DNA of 64,000 nt from Antedon mediterranea (Eukaryota > Animalia > Echinodermata): positions 12,533,045 to 12,597,044 of the forward strand of contig NC_092680.1 in NCBI RefSeq assembly GCF_964355755.1. The letters run 5' to 3'. A program made the position numbers and the translations under genes. The notes beneath the pieces were generated by a model. The model searched no databases. It had not been told where the DNA came from and saw nothing but the letters and a program-made list of their open reading frames with translations. Position 1 is the first letter of the stretch; each line of letters starts with the position of its first letter. Shown here piece by piece: positions 22,877 to 37,800 of the stretch.

Positions 22877-25800
22877 ATGTCTGAAGAAGGACAATTTGAC
22901 GATGTTACAGAACTGTAAGTAAACACCGTTATCCAGCCAGCTAGCCTACTATAGTAGTACTACTAGTCTACTACTAGCTAGGCCGGTTCACCCCCCCCCC
23001 CCCCCCACCTAGAGGCCTAGGCCTAGCTATTAAAGCTAGGAGGCCTAGGCTAGCTAGGTTAGGTAGGCCTAGTTAGATCATGGAAGTAAAAGATCATATA
23101 GAGATGGATAGTAGATAGTAGTACACAAACTTGTGATAGGCCTATATCGGTCACAGTGCATATCGGCCGCCAGTCATTTCGGCCGCCGGTTATGGAACGC
23201 CTAAAATCATGAAACGCCAAAAAGGACAAAATATGTATTGTTCATTTCGGCCGCCACAATTGTCAATATTGTTAATGTATGGCACGCCTCAATTATAAAA
23301 ATTGGTGTATACATGTGCCTATCGCCTGAATAATAGACGTGCGTATTCAAACAGCAAGCAGCAATCAACAAAAACGATCATACTTTTTGATTTGTATAGA
23401 GTTGCGCTATTTTACTATCATTCGCCGGCTTCTTCCTGAGCCCTACAACCCTTCAGCCCTTCAGCCCCCCCTCCCCCACCCACAACAACCACTGTGAAAA
23501 TAATAAAATAAGTCGTGTAGAAATACTTTAGTTAAAACTACTAAACTAATCCCCCCATAAGTCATAAATCGGCTGTGTGATTAAAAATAGTTGTTACTAT
23601 TAGTAAAAATGATCATTATATGCGGATGGTTAAAAGGCGAGTTACTGAAATAAACCCCCGAATAAGCCATATTGGAGATGCGCCTTCTATGATCGTGCAG
23701 CTGTTTCCTCTAACAATGTGTTATTTTGCTGACGGGGTTTCCCCTTTTTAAAAAGCACGCACTTGTTAGTGTGTCAAATCATGGACAAAACACGTATGAT
23801 CGTTGTCCATGGCCAGGTAAAGATGACGTCTATTACTAATAACCATACTTTTAAAACGTCTATAGGCCTCCTGCACGTGTTTTTGTGAAATGATGTATAT
23901 AATTTACGTATACTGTACGTCAATACTATAGATTTTAATTTGAAAAATATCTTTTATTTCTTTATTTACAATAATCATTTAATGTAAATAATTAAGTAAG
24001 TAGTCTCACATAACATCCATACGACGTTCGTAAATCTAAATGTTTAAATATCAGTACCTCTTTGAGAATCGTGTCCACCTTTATTATCAATACATTATTC
24101 TCACATCTATCGTCATTGTACATGATAGACCTACTGTAGGGCTGGTAGATTGATTTATAACGGAATATTATCTATATATTTTATTATTATCCAAAACCAT
24201 GCTCACGTCAGAGTGGCGGATATCGAATGCAAAAATCATCATCATGCATCAAATTCCTTTATTGCATAAACCTCATTGAGCTGGTATCCACTTGCAGGTA
24301 TAGAACGAGTTTCGTAATTAACTGTGATTAAAAAATACGCAATAGGCGCGTCTACTTGTTTAACTATTAAATTATTATTTATTTTCAAAACCTTAAACAA
24401 CGGCATGCTAAAAGAACACATTACAATTCATTAAAACCTGTAAGATAAAATGGAAACACAAATTATTTATAAATAATGAGATAAATATTTATATTTACTG
24501 TACTTAAAAAATAACGATCGAGGTTTAAAAAATGTCAAACAGTATTATTAGAAATTCAAATATTCAAAATTAACTAAAAACATAATGAACGTTTTCATTA
24601 AAAATGTATCTAATGCGCCATAGCGCGACCAAAATAAAACGCGACCGATATCAAACGTAACTAATAGGATAAAAAGCGTATCTAGCGGCGCTCCATACAA
24701 AATACCGGATGTTTATTTTATCGCGACCGATTTCAAACGCGATCGATTTCAAGCGCGACCGATTTCATCTGACACCATTTACACACGTCTATTCAGGCGA
24801 TAGGCACATGTATACACCTTTTTTGACAATTAAGGCGTGCCATACGTTATTAACAATATTGACGATTTTGGCGGCTGAAATGAACAATACATATTTTGTC
24901 TTTTTTGGCGTTTCATAATTTTGGGTATTCCATAACCGGCGGCCGAAATGATCAGACACCGTACTATCTAGGCCTACTGTAGCTAGTACTGTACAGTAGT
25001 AAGGATTAGACTCTATTCTAGTGGCATATGACCGTTTCGGCCACAGACAGTTTCGGCCACAACCGATTTCTATGGCGCGCCAATCAGGCATTGTGTGATT
25101 GTATTGTTAACACAAACTCGGAATCGCTGTGGTTCTTTAGAAATTAGTTATGCAAAAAGTGTAAGATTGTACAGTAAGTATTAATAAAACAATATTCAAT
25201 TTAAACGTGTTATAAAAGTATTTTTATTTACAAATCATATATACAGTACAAGTACATTATATAACATTATTTTATACATTATTAATTAATATACTATATT
25301 AATATTATACTTATACATTATTAATTATATACAGTATTAAAATACTAGCTTTTATTATTATTATCGTTAATTATACATTATTAATTACGGTATACTATAT
25401 TAATTATACTTATACATTATTAATTATATATTGCTTTTTTATTAATTATGTTGTACCTCTTAATTATTATCGTTAATTATACATTATTAATTATATACTA
25501 TATTAATTATACTTATACATAATATTAATTATGTATTAAAATACTAGGTTTTATTATTGTTATCGTTAATTATAATTTCCATTTTTATTTTATTACAGTC
25601 TTATTATTACTCTAATTTGCATTTTAACTATATCTAATCAGTCTGCTGGCTGCAATCATCAGGGATTGGACACCTCGCTCACCGGCTCCATACTCGTCCC
25701 ACAATCGAACCAAACAAACATTGGCGGCAATGCTTCGTCGAGATGTTAAACGCTGTACATCCTGCTGAAAAACGAATTCTGCTGTCAGTCAGCGATATTG

Positions 25801-28800
25801 TCACTCCCTCCTCATACAAAAACTCGCACATCAAGTAAAACTGAAGTTTGCCTGTAAAAGAAGAAGAAATTCACAGTGATAAAAAATTAAATTAAAATTT
25901 AATTAAATGTTTTTCCTTCCATTTTGTAGGTGACCTAAAAAAACATATAAAGGAATATCAGGAACTCGCACATCAAGTACTGTAACAAGAAACTTAAAGA
26001 TGTATTGTCCCTTTGACTAATTCCAAAAAAATAAAAAATAAAAGATTTCGAAAAAAGATGGGTCATTTTGAAGTATCATAATAGTTATTAACTATCACCA
26101 AAAATTTTTAGAAAAAAAAAAAAATTTAACTGAAATACAGACGTTTTTTTGTTAAAAAAATAACTTTGACTTCCAGTCAAAGTTTTCAATCAAAACATAT
26201 CCCATAATGAAACGCGCTTGTTTGGATACTCTGTATGCATAATCATAAAATTTCCTCATGATCTGTGTGAAAATACCTTCTTAACCGTGATGAGTTGTAA
26301 ACAATCCTGATTTAGCATATGCATAATGCATACTCATGGTTTGAAATCTTTGTTTACTTTCGCTCGTGACGATTTTCCAGATGAAATGTAATCAAACTAA
26401 TTTACCTGTTAATTACGTAAATTTTTTATTTTTGGCTAAAATTTTCGACTTAAAGTGAATAACTTTAATATTACTTTGATATGGCCACTGTGTTTCAAGG
26501 GACAATACATCTTTAATGATAAAAAATGTAATTAAATAAAACGTTTTGTTCTTCTGTGTAGGTGAAAAAATATGTTAAATTAAGCTTCAATATTGAAGTA
26601 ACACCTACCACGTTTCGCACGGTAATTAATTCGGCGATGCCACCCTTCGATGTCGTTGTTTGTACGGACAACTTGTCGATAAACGACCCAGTCACGAGGA
26701 GTAAACATGGTTCCGTAGATCCAGGTGGTTCGATTTGCATCAACTCGCGTAGTGCCGGGAACATCAACAACCACATCCTCGATGTCCATATACACTTGCT
26801 CAACACGTTCAACAGGAACAAAAGGCAGTGTCATCAGCCGGCGAACAATCATGTGGGTACCTGGATCCGTCCGATAGTCGCGTTTTAGTCCCAAATCTTG
26901 GACCTTTCGAAAAACGGCCTGCAATTATAAAAAAACAAAAAGCTGGAAAATTAGATTTCTGTTAAAAAAATAATACAGGCAATGAAAATCCTAGACGACC
27001 CGCAATTATAAAAAAGAAAGTGTTATTTTGCTGCAAATAGGTTTCTCTGTTGAAAAAAAATGTTCGTTAGAATTTAATTTTCCTATCACTTTACTTGTGT
27101 GAAATGAAAAAGGCAACCAGTCAGGCGCACTCTTGGAAACACTGTCCTAAGAGATTGCCACAGAGATGACTCATAGTCTGCAACTATCTTCAATACGCTC
27201 ACCATTGGTACCAGTTCCAATACAGATCTAAGTACTGCGTTGTAATCAACTACCCTCTTCCTTCCCAGACACAACGACGAATAGCAGGGGGACCTGTTTC
27301 TGCGCAGCCCCAGACTTTACAAACGCGTTTACCGAATAGAGTTGGTAGAACGGATCCTTCACCACCTTAAAAGTGCCATCAATGTACCTGTAATGGCACA
27401 AAAAACAACAATTTGTAAAGAACATATATTTTTCCTTACGAGATCTTCAGAGACAAGAACACCTGTAATGAAAAAAAAATGTTAGCTTAATGAAAAGATT
27501 CATTTGTCGTTACCAAACTTTCGACCTTTGCAGCAGAAACAGCATATCATCAGTTGCCAAGAGGATGTGGCGGTAACCATCGATGTGGATGTCTGAGCGC
27601 AGGAAACCAGGTGGGATGTGTTCCTCGTCCAATTCAAATGCAAGATCTGTTGGGTGGTTTGGTCGAGTATGTTTCCTCTTTAAGTTCGCCTGCCGAGCAA
27701 GGGTTTTGGTAGCGACTGATGTAGAGCGACATTTCCCACTCCTATATCCTCACGCAATATCTGTAACGAAATTTACGTATTTAAAAAAAAAAACAATATT
27801 TGTAATACAACACAGGAGTTTAATTCAACGATTTCAGCAAGGAGCGCATAAGAAGGTATGTGATATTTGGTGAAGCAACGTAAAAAGGGAGGGAGGATGA
27901 GGATGTGTGTATATTTGTTTACGACTTGTATCTGCAGTTTAAAGTTAAGAAATTATTATAGACAATTTAGTTAATTACCTTCTCTACCATTGCAGCTGCT
28001 GAATCAAACGGTTTATCAACTGCCTGCCTTCAGGTCCCGTCTTATCAGCGCTACCTTTTCTCGCCCTAAAAACATGAACATGATTGTTAATGCAGTGGTT
28101 CTAAGAAAATACATTGGGGTGGTTTCAATCCAAATGCATCTATATATAAATTATGGTTAATTCTGACATAGGCGAGCACAATGCAAAAACTTCGGTACAA
28201 ATCTCCGCCTTGGATACCTACCTTATCTATCTGAGATGTACCGCGAAACGTAGATTTGATAACATTAGTGACGGTATTGTTCCATATTTCTATCTTAGGA
28301 AGATATTATAAAGAGTTTTTTAACACAATTTATGATTTCAACATTAGATTTTCATCTCAATTTCAATTCTTCCAGGTCAAAGTAATTTCCAGGTTTAAGA
28401 TAAGTTCACCTTGCAACAACCTGTTTTCAAATATTTTCTCTCTTTTATACACAAGGGTGCAGTTAAAATAATAGATTTGACCCTAAAGGTGACTGGAAAC
28501 AGGCACTTTCCATCAATCAATACAGTGTCCCTTTGGAAGACGAAAAAAAAAACCAGAATATTTGGCCATTAATCATAGCCATTTCAGTTTTTTGGAAAAC
28601 GAAAAAAAAATCAGATATAGGCCATTAATCATAGCCATTTCAGTTTTTTGTTTATTTTAAAACATACCGCAGCGCGTGTGTGAAGGTACAGTAGTTAAAT
28701 AATAGGAATTATACTGCAAATTAATAAAGATCAAATTAAATATACGCCATAAAGAATCAGAATATATTGTGGGGAATAGTATTATAAAATTACATAGGGA

Positions 28801-31800
28801 GATTTGATGATAAGACATTTTTCGAGTGAAATCCCGATAGCTGAGTTTTATTGAGTAAGCTTGCAGGAATAACTGTAGGCTATCTTCCTGTGTCCCGTTA
28901 GGACCGAGATGTCTGCCCATGTTGCAAGCCGTACCATAATGTCTTCTTTCTTGGGCCCACTCTGTCACGGCAGTTAGTTTCAAAAGATGATTAAATTAAA
29001 TAATGTATTAATAATTATTAGGATGGTATTCATTTGAATAAACGCCTCTCTAATAAAACATCACTTTGAATAATAACCCCCCCCCCCAACCCAACTATCT
29101 AATAAACGTCCATCCACATACTTATAACAACACAATTATACGGTACTATTTGTAGTAGAATTCACCGCACTGTTATCTATTTACCAAGCATTTGTTATTC
29201 TTTTAGCACTTTTCATATCTATTAGAGGTTTTCATTTGATTATAAATGTTACCATATTATTAAAACTACAAAATTTAACATATATCCCTCGAATAAGCAC
29301 CTCCCTCAAATGACTTCCGCCTCCCCAAAGCAGGCCCATATGCAGCATTTCTAATGGGGGGGTGCGAGCGAAGCAAGCAAAAATGGCTGGGGGCCAGGGG
29401 GCCGCCAAGGGCCCCCGGTCAGGGGCCGAAGGCCCTGGAAAAATTTGCGTTATTTGACGTTCTAAAGACTGATTTAAGACTCTCTGTTGTGGCTTGGGCT
29501 AGTTGAACGATGGACACCAGAACTTAACGCTTTCATGATGAGGCCAACTCAGACAGCGTCGTACGACGCTGTCTGAGTTGGCCTTCTCTTGTTTAGGCGC
29601 CGTATTCGATAGTGTCTGTATTTCCAGACACGTCTTTACCGCCGGTTAAAGTTGTCTGTATTTCCAGCAAACACTTTACCGCATACCGCGTACATGAAGC
29701 GCTAAGCTATTGCTTGTCGTCACATGATCGACTGCGCATGTTTTACATCGAGTTTGTAGTCAGTTCAGATTCCGTAATTTAATTACCGGTATTTTTTCAT
29801 TTTATATTAGCATATTTTTGTTTGTATACCATTGATAATGTAAATTTTGTATATATATAATGATATTGTCTTTAGTTAAACAAGACAAGAAAAAATACCA
29901 ACCGAGGAAATAGTGGACCTTTTGGGACTTGGGGGGGGGGGGTGCGTCTGCACCCAACGCACCCCCCCTGGATACGGGCCTGCAAAGGGCCCTACCAAAC
30001 AATAAAAACTGTACTTTAAAATGTTATTAATCATCTAAAACACTGTGAAACAAAGTAGTTTAGTTTTACGAATGTCAAGCATTTTTAATAATGGTAACCG
30101 ACAGAAAACGTATAAGGAGAACATTATCATTCCGAAAACCACGAGCTCACCCTCTAGTATTATTAATCCAGGTATTCTGTATTGAATTGGTTTTTTTTAA
30201 CGGGCCTTGAGCACTCTTTGTGTGGTATAGTTACAATTATTAGTTACAATTTGCGATAATTGATTGAAATGATGAGTCTTTGAAATTGAACATTATATAA
30301 ATAAATGAACATCAGGTACATACAAATAATAATTGAGTAATGTATTTTTTGTAGATTTGCATAACGAAAATGATTAGGATGTCAACTTTTGTTTAATCGT
30401 TACCTGGAATCATGTCGCAGACATGGTCCTGTGACCCACGAACATATCCCCCATTACGTTCCGTTACTGTCGCTTTGCATGTCACGTTTTTATTACGCAC
30501 TACACATCTCAAAGTCACTGTTGCACGGGTTCGGTCGACCTTTTTGGTGTACTGATAACCGATGCTATCAGCCAACGTGTCCTATAAAAACAGTAATTGA
30601 GAAAATGAATTGTTAAATAACAAAACACGATAAATAAATGCACTTAACCGAATCTGTAAATATATATTAATTAAGTAATTTGTGGCGATAATGTAATTGA
30701 ATTAGGTCATCTCTGTACAAATTTAACAGATCCAAAACATAAAAACAGTAATTGAGTATAATTTGTTGTTAAATAAAACACGATAAATAAATGCACTTAA
30801 CCGAATCTGTAAATATATATTAATTAAGTAATTTAATAATAATGTAATTGAATTAGGTCATCTCTGTAAAAATTTAACAGATCCAAAACATAAAAACAGT
30901 AATTGAGTATAATTTGTTGTTAAATAAAACACGAAACGCAAAAAAATAATTAATTCAAATACCTTGCCCCGGTTAGAGGTTCCTGGAAGAACTCTGTAGG
31001 TCACTTCATCCTCTGGAGCTACCACAGGATTAGCAACCGGATATGGGTCTGGTAGATCATCTTCGACAAATTCGTCGGGTTCAGCGAAATTTCCCAAATT
31101 CTCCGCAAAAACATCGTGAGCTTGTTTGTTATTGCCGGCCAACATACAATCACCACAAGACCAATCCATGTATCCATTCTCAATACCTCGCCGGTATTCC
31201 TCCTGGGATATTCCCGTACCACACGTCCTGTGCTGCCAGCGTTCGCATTCTTCGCAAAATATTGCCTCTTGGCGTTGAATTTCAAGTTGATGACATTCTA
31301 AGCATTCGTTCATGTTGTTCGGTAGATCAAAAAATTAAAAGTGGTGTTTTACTAATATTTTTGGTTCATTTTATAGTTGTCATCGCGGTTAAAATGTACA
31401 CGCAAAGGCACGCGTACGCTACTTTCTATTAACAAGAGCTGCATTGTTTTATCTCCGAAAAGGCGTCGGTACGCATCGTCTTTGAGGAATCTGTGTATTG
31501 GTTTTTTTTAGCGTCTTGATTTGATTTGCACAATGCCCTCTTAAACAAAGACGAAAAACAAACAATTAATTTAATTTGTTTTATTAAACATTTTCGAACC
31601 ACATTATTATCACTTTAATAATTCTTCGTTTCTTGGGCCTACAAATTTACATTTGAAATCCCGCACATTAAATACGTATATGCCTACATTCCCATTCGTT
31701 TCTTATATCTATCTTAAACCTTACTCTCATTGGCAATTTAATTAATTTAATTATAACTTTAGTAATTCCTCATTTCTTTTTTGTTATACCGTAATAGTAG

Positions 31801-34800
31801 TAGTAAATAACGATTATTTTATTTACTATTTATATAATTAACTATTAAATTTTATTTACAATACCAATCGAATGAATCTTGTTAATAAATTATATATTAT
31901 AGGCCTTATAGGTACTAATTCGTTTATAAGAAATAATAAGGGTCCAAGGACCGACCCCTGTGGTACACCACATGGAACGTTCTTTGCCGATGATTTACAG
32001 TTACCAATCTGTACATATTGTTTACGATTACTAAGATAACTAATAAACCATTTTAACGAAACACCTCTAATGCCATAACGTAACAGTTTTGAAAGTAAAA
32101 TATCATGATTCACAACATCAAAAGCTTTGACTCCCTTACACCTTCTGTTCTTAAAAAAGTTACTCCTTTTATTTTAATTCCTTTTATAGACAGGTTCCAT
32201 TTCTCAAAAAACGGCCTAGAAAACGAATCAAGAAGCATTTTTGGGTAGAAGCTGGGATCCACTTGATTTAGGATATTTTGACCTCGCTGATTACGAATAT
32301 GGCGGATCCCAAGCGAAATTCGGCCATCTTAGCCCTTAATTTGCATAATTAAAAATGGCGGCCATTTTTTATAATTACCTTATATCTCGAGAACCACTAG
32401 TCACAGATAATTAATTTTGGTCTCAAAATGTTTTAAATATATGTTTTTATATTCACTTTAATGACACATTTTCTCAAAAAATGGATGCAAGTCTTATTTC
32501 TGACATTTTGACCTTTGACCTTGATTTATCGTATCTCAGTAACCAATAATCGGAGAGACACGAAATAGGGCTCAAATTGTTCAGAAACTATACATTCATA
32601 TTTATTATAATGAAATGTTTTTACAAAAAATGGCCGATTCTACAACTATTGACCTTTGAACTATTAGTCAAATATAATAATATAACTTTGAAAATTGTGG
32701 TCTTATGAATTTTTTTTTCTTTTTAAATTGTTTAAAACATGTGTGTTTCTATCCAGTTTAATGGCACATTTTGTACAAGAATGGCCGATAGTATGGTTAT
32801 TGACCTTTAAACTATAGCATAGGCCTACTGTATACTAAATATAATATAATTGCATAACTATGAAATTATTTATACACAATAATTAGTAAAATTATAAAAT
32901 TCACTGCCATCAAATATTATGTGTTATGATTTATATAGATTTAAAAAAAAATTTGAACCCGCAAGTTACATTTGTTGAAATTTGAAATTTGAAATTACCT
33001 GCCATCAATATGATGGAGTATGATTATAGATTTTTTTAAATGTGAACATGTCAGCTACATTTGGAAATTACCTGCCATCAATATGATGGATTATGATTAT
33101 AGATTTAAAAAAGAATTTGAACACGTAAGCTACATTTGAAAATTACCTGCCATCAATATGATGGATTATGATTATAGATTTAAAATAGAATTTGAACACA
33201 TCAGCTACATTTGGAAATTTGGAAATTACCTGCCATCAATATGATGGATTATGATTGTATAGAGGCCTACCTGCCATCAATATGATGGATTATGATTATA
33301 GATTTAAAAAAGAATTTGAACACGTACTAAGCTACATTTGAAAATTACCTGCCATCAATATGATGGATTATGATTGTATAGATTTAAAAGAAAATGTGAA
33401 CACGTAAGCTACATTTGGAATGAACATGTTAAGGGCATCAGTTTAAGATAATTCATGCAAAGGTTTCCGTCATCTTTAGCGTTGTTACAGCGGCATAAAG
33501 CTGTACATGGTAGTTTTGACTTCTTGCACCTACATCTATTGTCTTGCATCCACAATAAATCATCTCTAACGAAGCAGTAGGAATAGCTTCATTTTTCAGA
33601 AGCACTGGTTGAAGTTTACCATTAGATAGCTCCCACCCAAAATCTGTTGGTGATGGCAAATGCTGGATTGGCGATACAGCTTTTTTCCACCATACGAGTG
33701 CTTGGGAGTGTGCTCTTTTTATATGTTGGTGCACTGCATCGCTTGTTGGAGGTAATGCCTCTGGTTTTGTTTGTTTTTTTAAAGCCTAACTTCATTGGTA
33801 CTTTTAACTTGACAAACACCGTAAACGTAGCAAATGAATCTTTCCGATTTCATAATAACTTGGTCACTGATAGGTTTTCTCCCAGGTCTTTAATTAGTTC
33901 ATAATTTTTTTGAATACTTCCCATGCCGATGCCTTTGAGTGACCACTTAGATATGAACAGGGAAGAGTTAAATTACTGTATGTATGTATTAATGTAATTT
34001 AACTCTTCCCTGGATATGAGATAGTATCGCATCCACTAATAGTGTGGAATGGAATCAGTGCTTTTGCATAACCCTCGGGCAAGGCTTCAAAAATGTGTTT
34101 TATAGATACTTTCTTTTTTTTGGATGTCCCTGTCATCATCCATTTGGATACCATTCTTTGGTAGTGAGACACTAGAATCAATAGTACGTCTGTATCCCTA
34201 GAAGCAACTACAACTGTGTCGTATCGGACATTGGCAGCATGACAAGTCTCGTGTCCGATTCTTCATGATCTGCGACCAGAGACAACGTATTCGTGTAGAC
34301 TTTTGATGATTTAACAACTAATTCTTTCATAAATCCACCAGCTGTGACAATTTCTTTGTCTATAGGAGCTTGACGAATCAACTCCTCTGATAGAAATCGT
34401 GCCAGATCTGCTTTATTATCTTGTAATGCCAAAAAGTTTGACCAGCAATTTGGCAGCGGTATTTCACCACTTTCTATAATTCGACGAATTGGTCTCTGTG
34501 TTTTGGTTCATCTTTGTCTAGTGGTACCCTTTATCGACAGTTTTAAGTTAGGCATGCCATGTTAAAAAAAAAAAACCCCGAGGCATTACCTCCAACAAGC
34601 GATGCAGTGCACCAACATATAAAAAGAGCACACTTCCAAGCACTCGTCTGGAAAAAAGCTGTATCGCCAATCCAGCATTTTGCCATCACCAACAGATTTT
34701 GGGTGGGAGCTATCTAATGGTAAACTTCAACCAGTGCTTATGAAAAATTAAGCTATTCCTACTGCTTCGTTAGAGATGATTTATTGTGGATGCAAGACAC

Positions 34801-37800
34801 GATGCATAACCAATAGATGTAGGTGCAAGAAGTCAAAACTACCATGTACAGCTTTATGCCGCTGTAACAACGCTAAAGATGACGGAAACCTTTGCATGAA
34901 TGATCTTAAACTGATGCCCTTAACATGTTCATTCCAAATGTAGCTTATGTGTTCACATTTTCTTTTAAATCTATACAATCATAATCCATCATATTGATGG
35001 CAGGTAATTTTCAAATGTAGCTTAGTACGTGTTCAAATTCTTTTTTAAATCTATAATCATAATCCATCATATTGATGGCAGGTAGGCCTACTATACAATC
35101 ATAATCCATCATATTGATGGCAGGTAATTTCCAAATTTCCAAATGTAGCTGATGTGTTCAAATTCTTTTTTAAATCTATAATCATAATCCATCATATTGA
35201 TGGCAGGTAATTTTCAAATGTAGCTTACGTGTTCAAATTCTTTTTTAAGTCTATAATCATAATCCATCATATTGATGGCAGGTAATTTCCAAATGTAGCT
35301 GACATGTTCAAATTCTTTTTTAAATCTATTATCATAATCCATCATATTGATGGCAGGTAATTTCCAAATGTAGCTGACATGTTCACATTTAACAAAATCT
35401 ATAATCATACTCCATCATATTGATGGCAGGTAATTTCAAATTTCAAATTTCAACAAATGTAACTTGCGTGTTCAAATTTTTTTTAAATCTATATAAATCA
35501 TAACACATAATATTTGATGGCAGGGAATTTTATAATTTTACTAATTATTTAATTGTGTATAAATAATTTCATAGTTATGCAATTATATTATATTTAGTAT
35601 ACAGTAGGCCTATGCTATAGTTTAAAGGTCAATAACCATACTATCGGCCATTCTTGTACAAAATGTGCCATTAGACTGGATAGAAACACACATGTTTTAA
35701 ACAATTTAAAAAGAAAAAAAAATTCAAAAGACCACAATTTTCAAAGTTATATTATCATATTTGACTAATAGTTCAAAGGTCAATAGTTGTAGAATCGGCC
35801 ATTTTTTGTAAAACATTTCATTATAATAAATATGAATGTATAGTTTCTGAACAATTTGAGCCCTACTTCGTGTCTCTCCGATTATTGGTTACTGAGATAC
35901 GATAAATCAAGGTCAAAGGTCAAAATGTCAGAAATAAGACTTGCATCTATTTTTTGAGAAAATGTGTCATTAAAGTGAATATAAAAACATATATTTAAAA
36001 CATTTTGAGACCAAAATTAATTATCTGTGACTAGTGGTTCTCGAGATATAGGGTAATTATAAAAAATGGCCGCCATTTTTAATTATGCAAATTAAGGGCT
36101 TAGATGGCCGAATTTCGCTTGGGATCCGCCATATTCGTAATCAGCGAGGTCGAAATATCCTAAATCAAGTGGATCCCAGCTTCTACCCAAAAATGCTTCT
36201 TACACCATATTTCAGAGGAAATAGAACTTGTCTATTACTTATGTTATCAATTTATCTTTTACTACAGGAATCGTACCTGATCATATAAAATTAGCTAAAG
36301 TGGTCCCAGTTTTTAAAAAGGGAAATGCAAACTTACTTAACAATTATAGACCGATTTCCGTTCTCTCCATTCTCTCAAAAAATAATAGAAAAATTAATGC
36401 ATACTCGTCTTTATACATATTTAACTAAACATAACATCCTAAATAATCATCAATATGGTTTTCGTAAAAAACACTCTACCTGTCACGCTATGCTTGAACT
36501 TATCTATATATAAATTTACGTAAGGGCAAAATTCGGTAAATCGCGCCTTACTTCTAGAATTTTTACTCGATGGTATATAAAGTTGGTTCGTACTTTCGGT
36601 ACTGATTTTAACCACCTGATGTAACCCTGTTTACTAATTAAATTGAGTTAGATAATTAGTTATTGACGATTAAAACGAATTTAGGTTCAAAGATTTGCCC
36701 CAAATAGGGGTGTTTTCCGATCGTGGTATACACTGTCTAATGGATGTCCAACTTGAAAAATACCCGCACACAATAATACGAGGACGCTTCGCATTTTCCT
36801 ATCTCCTCCTACGATAATTGTTTTTAATAGCTGAAAACCGGTTGAACTGCTCGAGTACAGCATCATAATGTTGAAGACAGGCCGATTTTCTTTAAAAAAT
36901 ACTATTTTGATAGATTTAATTTACGTTTTTACAAATGTATTGATTTGCGATGAATGGAACATTCCAATCTCTCAGTCTGCCAGTTTGGTTTAACACAAGT
37001 AGGTAAATTTATGAGCCCTTGGAGAATAAACTTGCAATACTTTGACAATACAGTACTGCAAATACCTATTAACCATTTTTGAATACAAACATTTCTTACT
37101 GTGAATACTGTTAGATGTAAAAAAATATATACAAATAAACTTTATTACTGTGATTATGGGTAGGCTCTACTGTTAGATATATACACACGTAATATACAAA
37201 TAAACTTTATTACTGACAGTTGCTTCTCAACGTTTGCATTAATTAATAATTACAAAAAATATAAACGTCGTAGTGGTGTATCGTTACATGTACTTTACTA
37301 TTTCAATCGACTATGACAGTGACAGTTTTAACAAAGTATTAAATCGCAAATGTTTTACTATATTTAGTCACCGTTAGTGGTATATTATTTATAGGCCTAT
37401 GAAAAATGAAAACAAAATTTCGTTACTGACGTGGATAAAGAATATATTTAAAAATTGTTCTTCTTTGTACCTATCCTCTTTCCCATCCCTCAACCCTAAT
37501 TGGGTTTCTTTAAATGAATAAACAATTTGGACTCATTTTGTGGTAAGTTTCTCTTTCGGAAGTAATTCCCAGGGTGCTAATTTTGTTTGACTACATAAAT
37601 CATTGTGTCTACTTATTCGTTTCTGTAAACGACAATGTATTATAGTGCTGCGGTACGTGCATTTGAAATCGCCAGATTTTTTACCCTGAAATTACTGTGT
37701 ATTCGAGAACCATCTGTGGGCACGACCTAGATGGTACGCGAGCGAAGCAAGCGTACCATCTAGTACATTCAATTAATAATGCATTTGAAAATAAAGAATT

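Larger units (their letters stand above)
25640..31313 (-). pseudogene. Intron-containing PHD-FLYWCH-MULE transposase, frameshifted
   Basis: PHD C4HC3 ([22 protein letters not shown], 31313-31150). FLYWCH-like GYQYT..LRC..CKAT..HVC (30575-30403). MULE core [22 protein letters not shown] (27388-27095) and [14 protein letters not shown] (~26660-26620). Frameshift near 27275. Confidence 0.85.

Noticed and set aside
25240-25580. AT-rich repetitive block
   Set aside because: Degenerate low-complexity minisatellite in the MULE 3' region.
32920-33420. Repeat-spacer pattern and the repetitive ORF (e.g. 35214-35408)
   Set aside because: A ~75-bp minisatellite inside Academ arms; the 'spacers' are themselves repeated and the ORF is a by-product.
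36085-36288. [16 protein letters not shown] recurring three times (also 40892 and 45249)
   Set aside because: It lies in the Academ terminal inverted repeats; recurrence reflects TIR copies, not a gene family.
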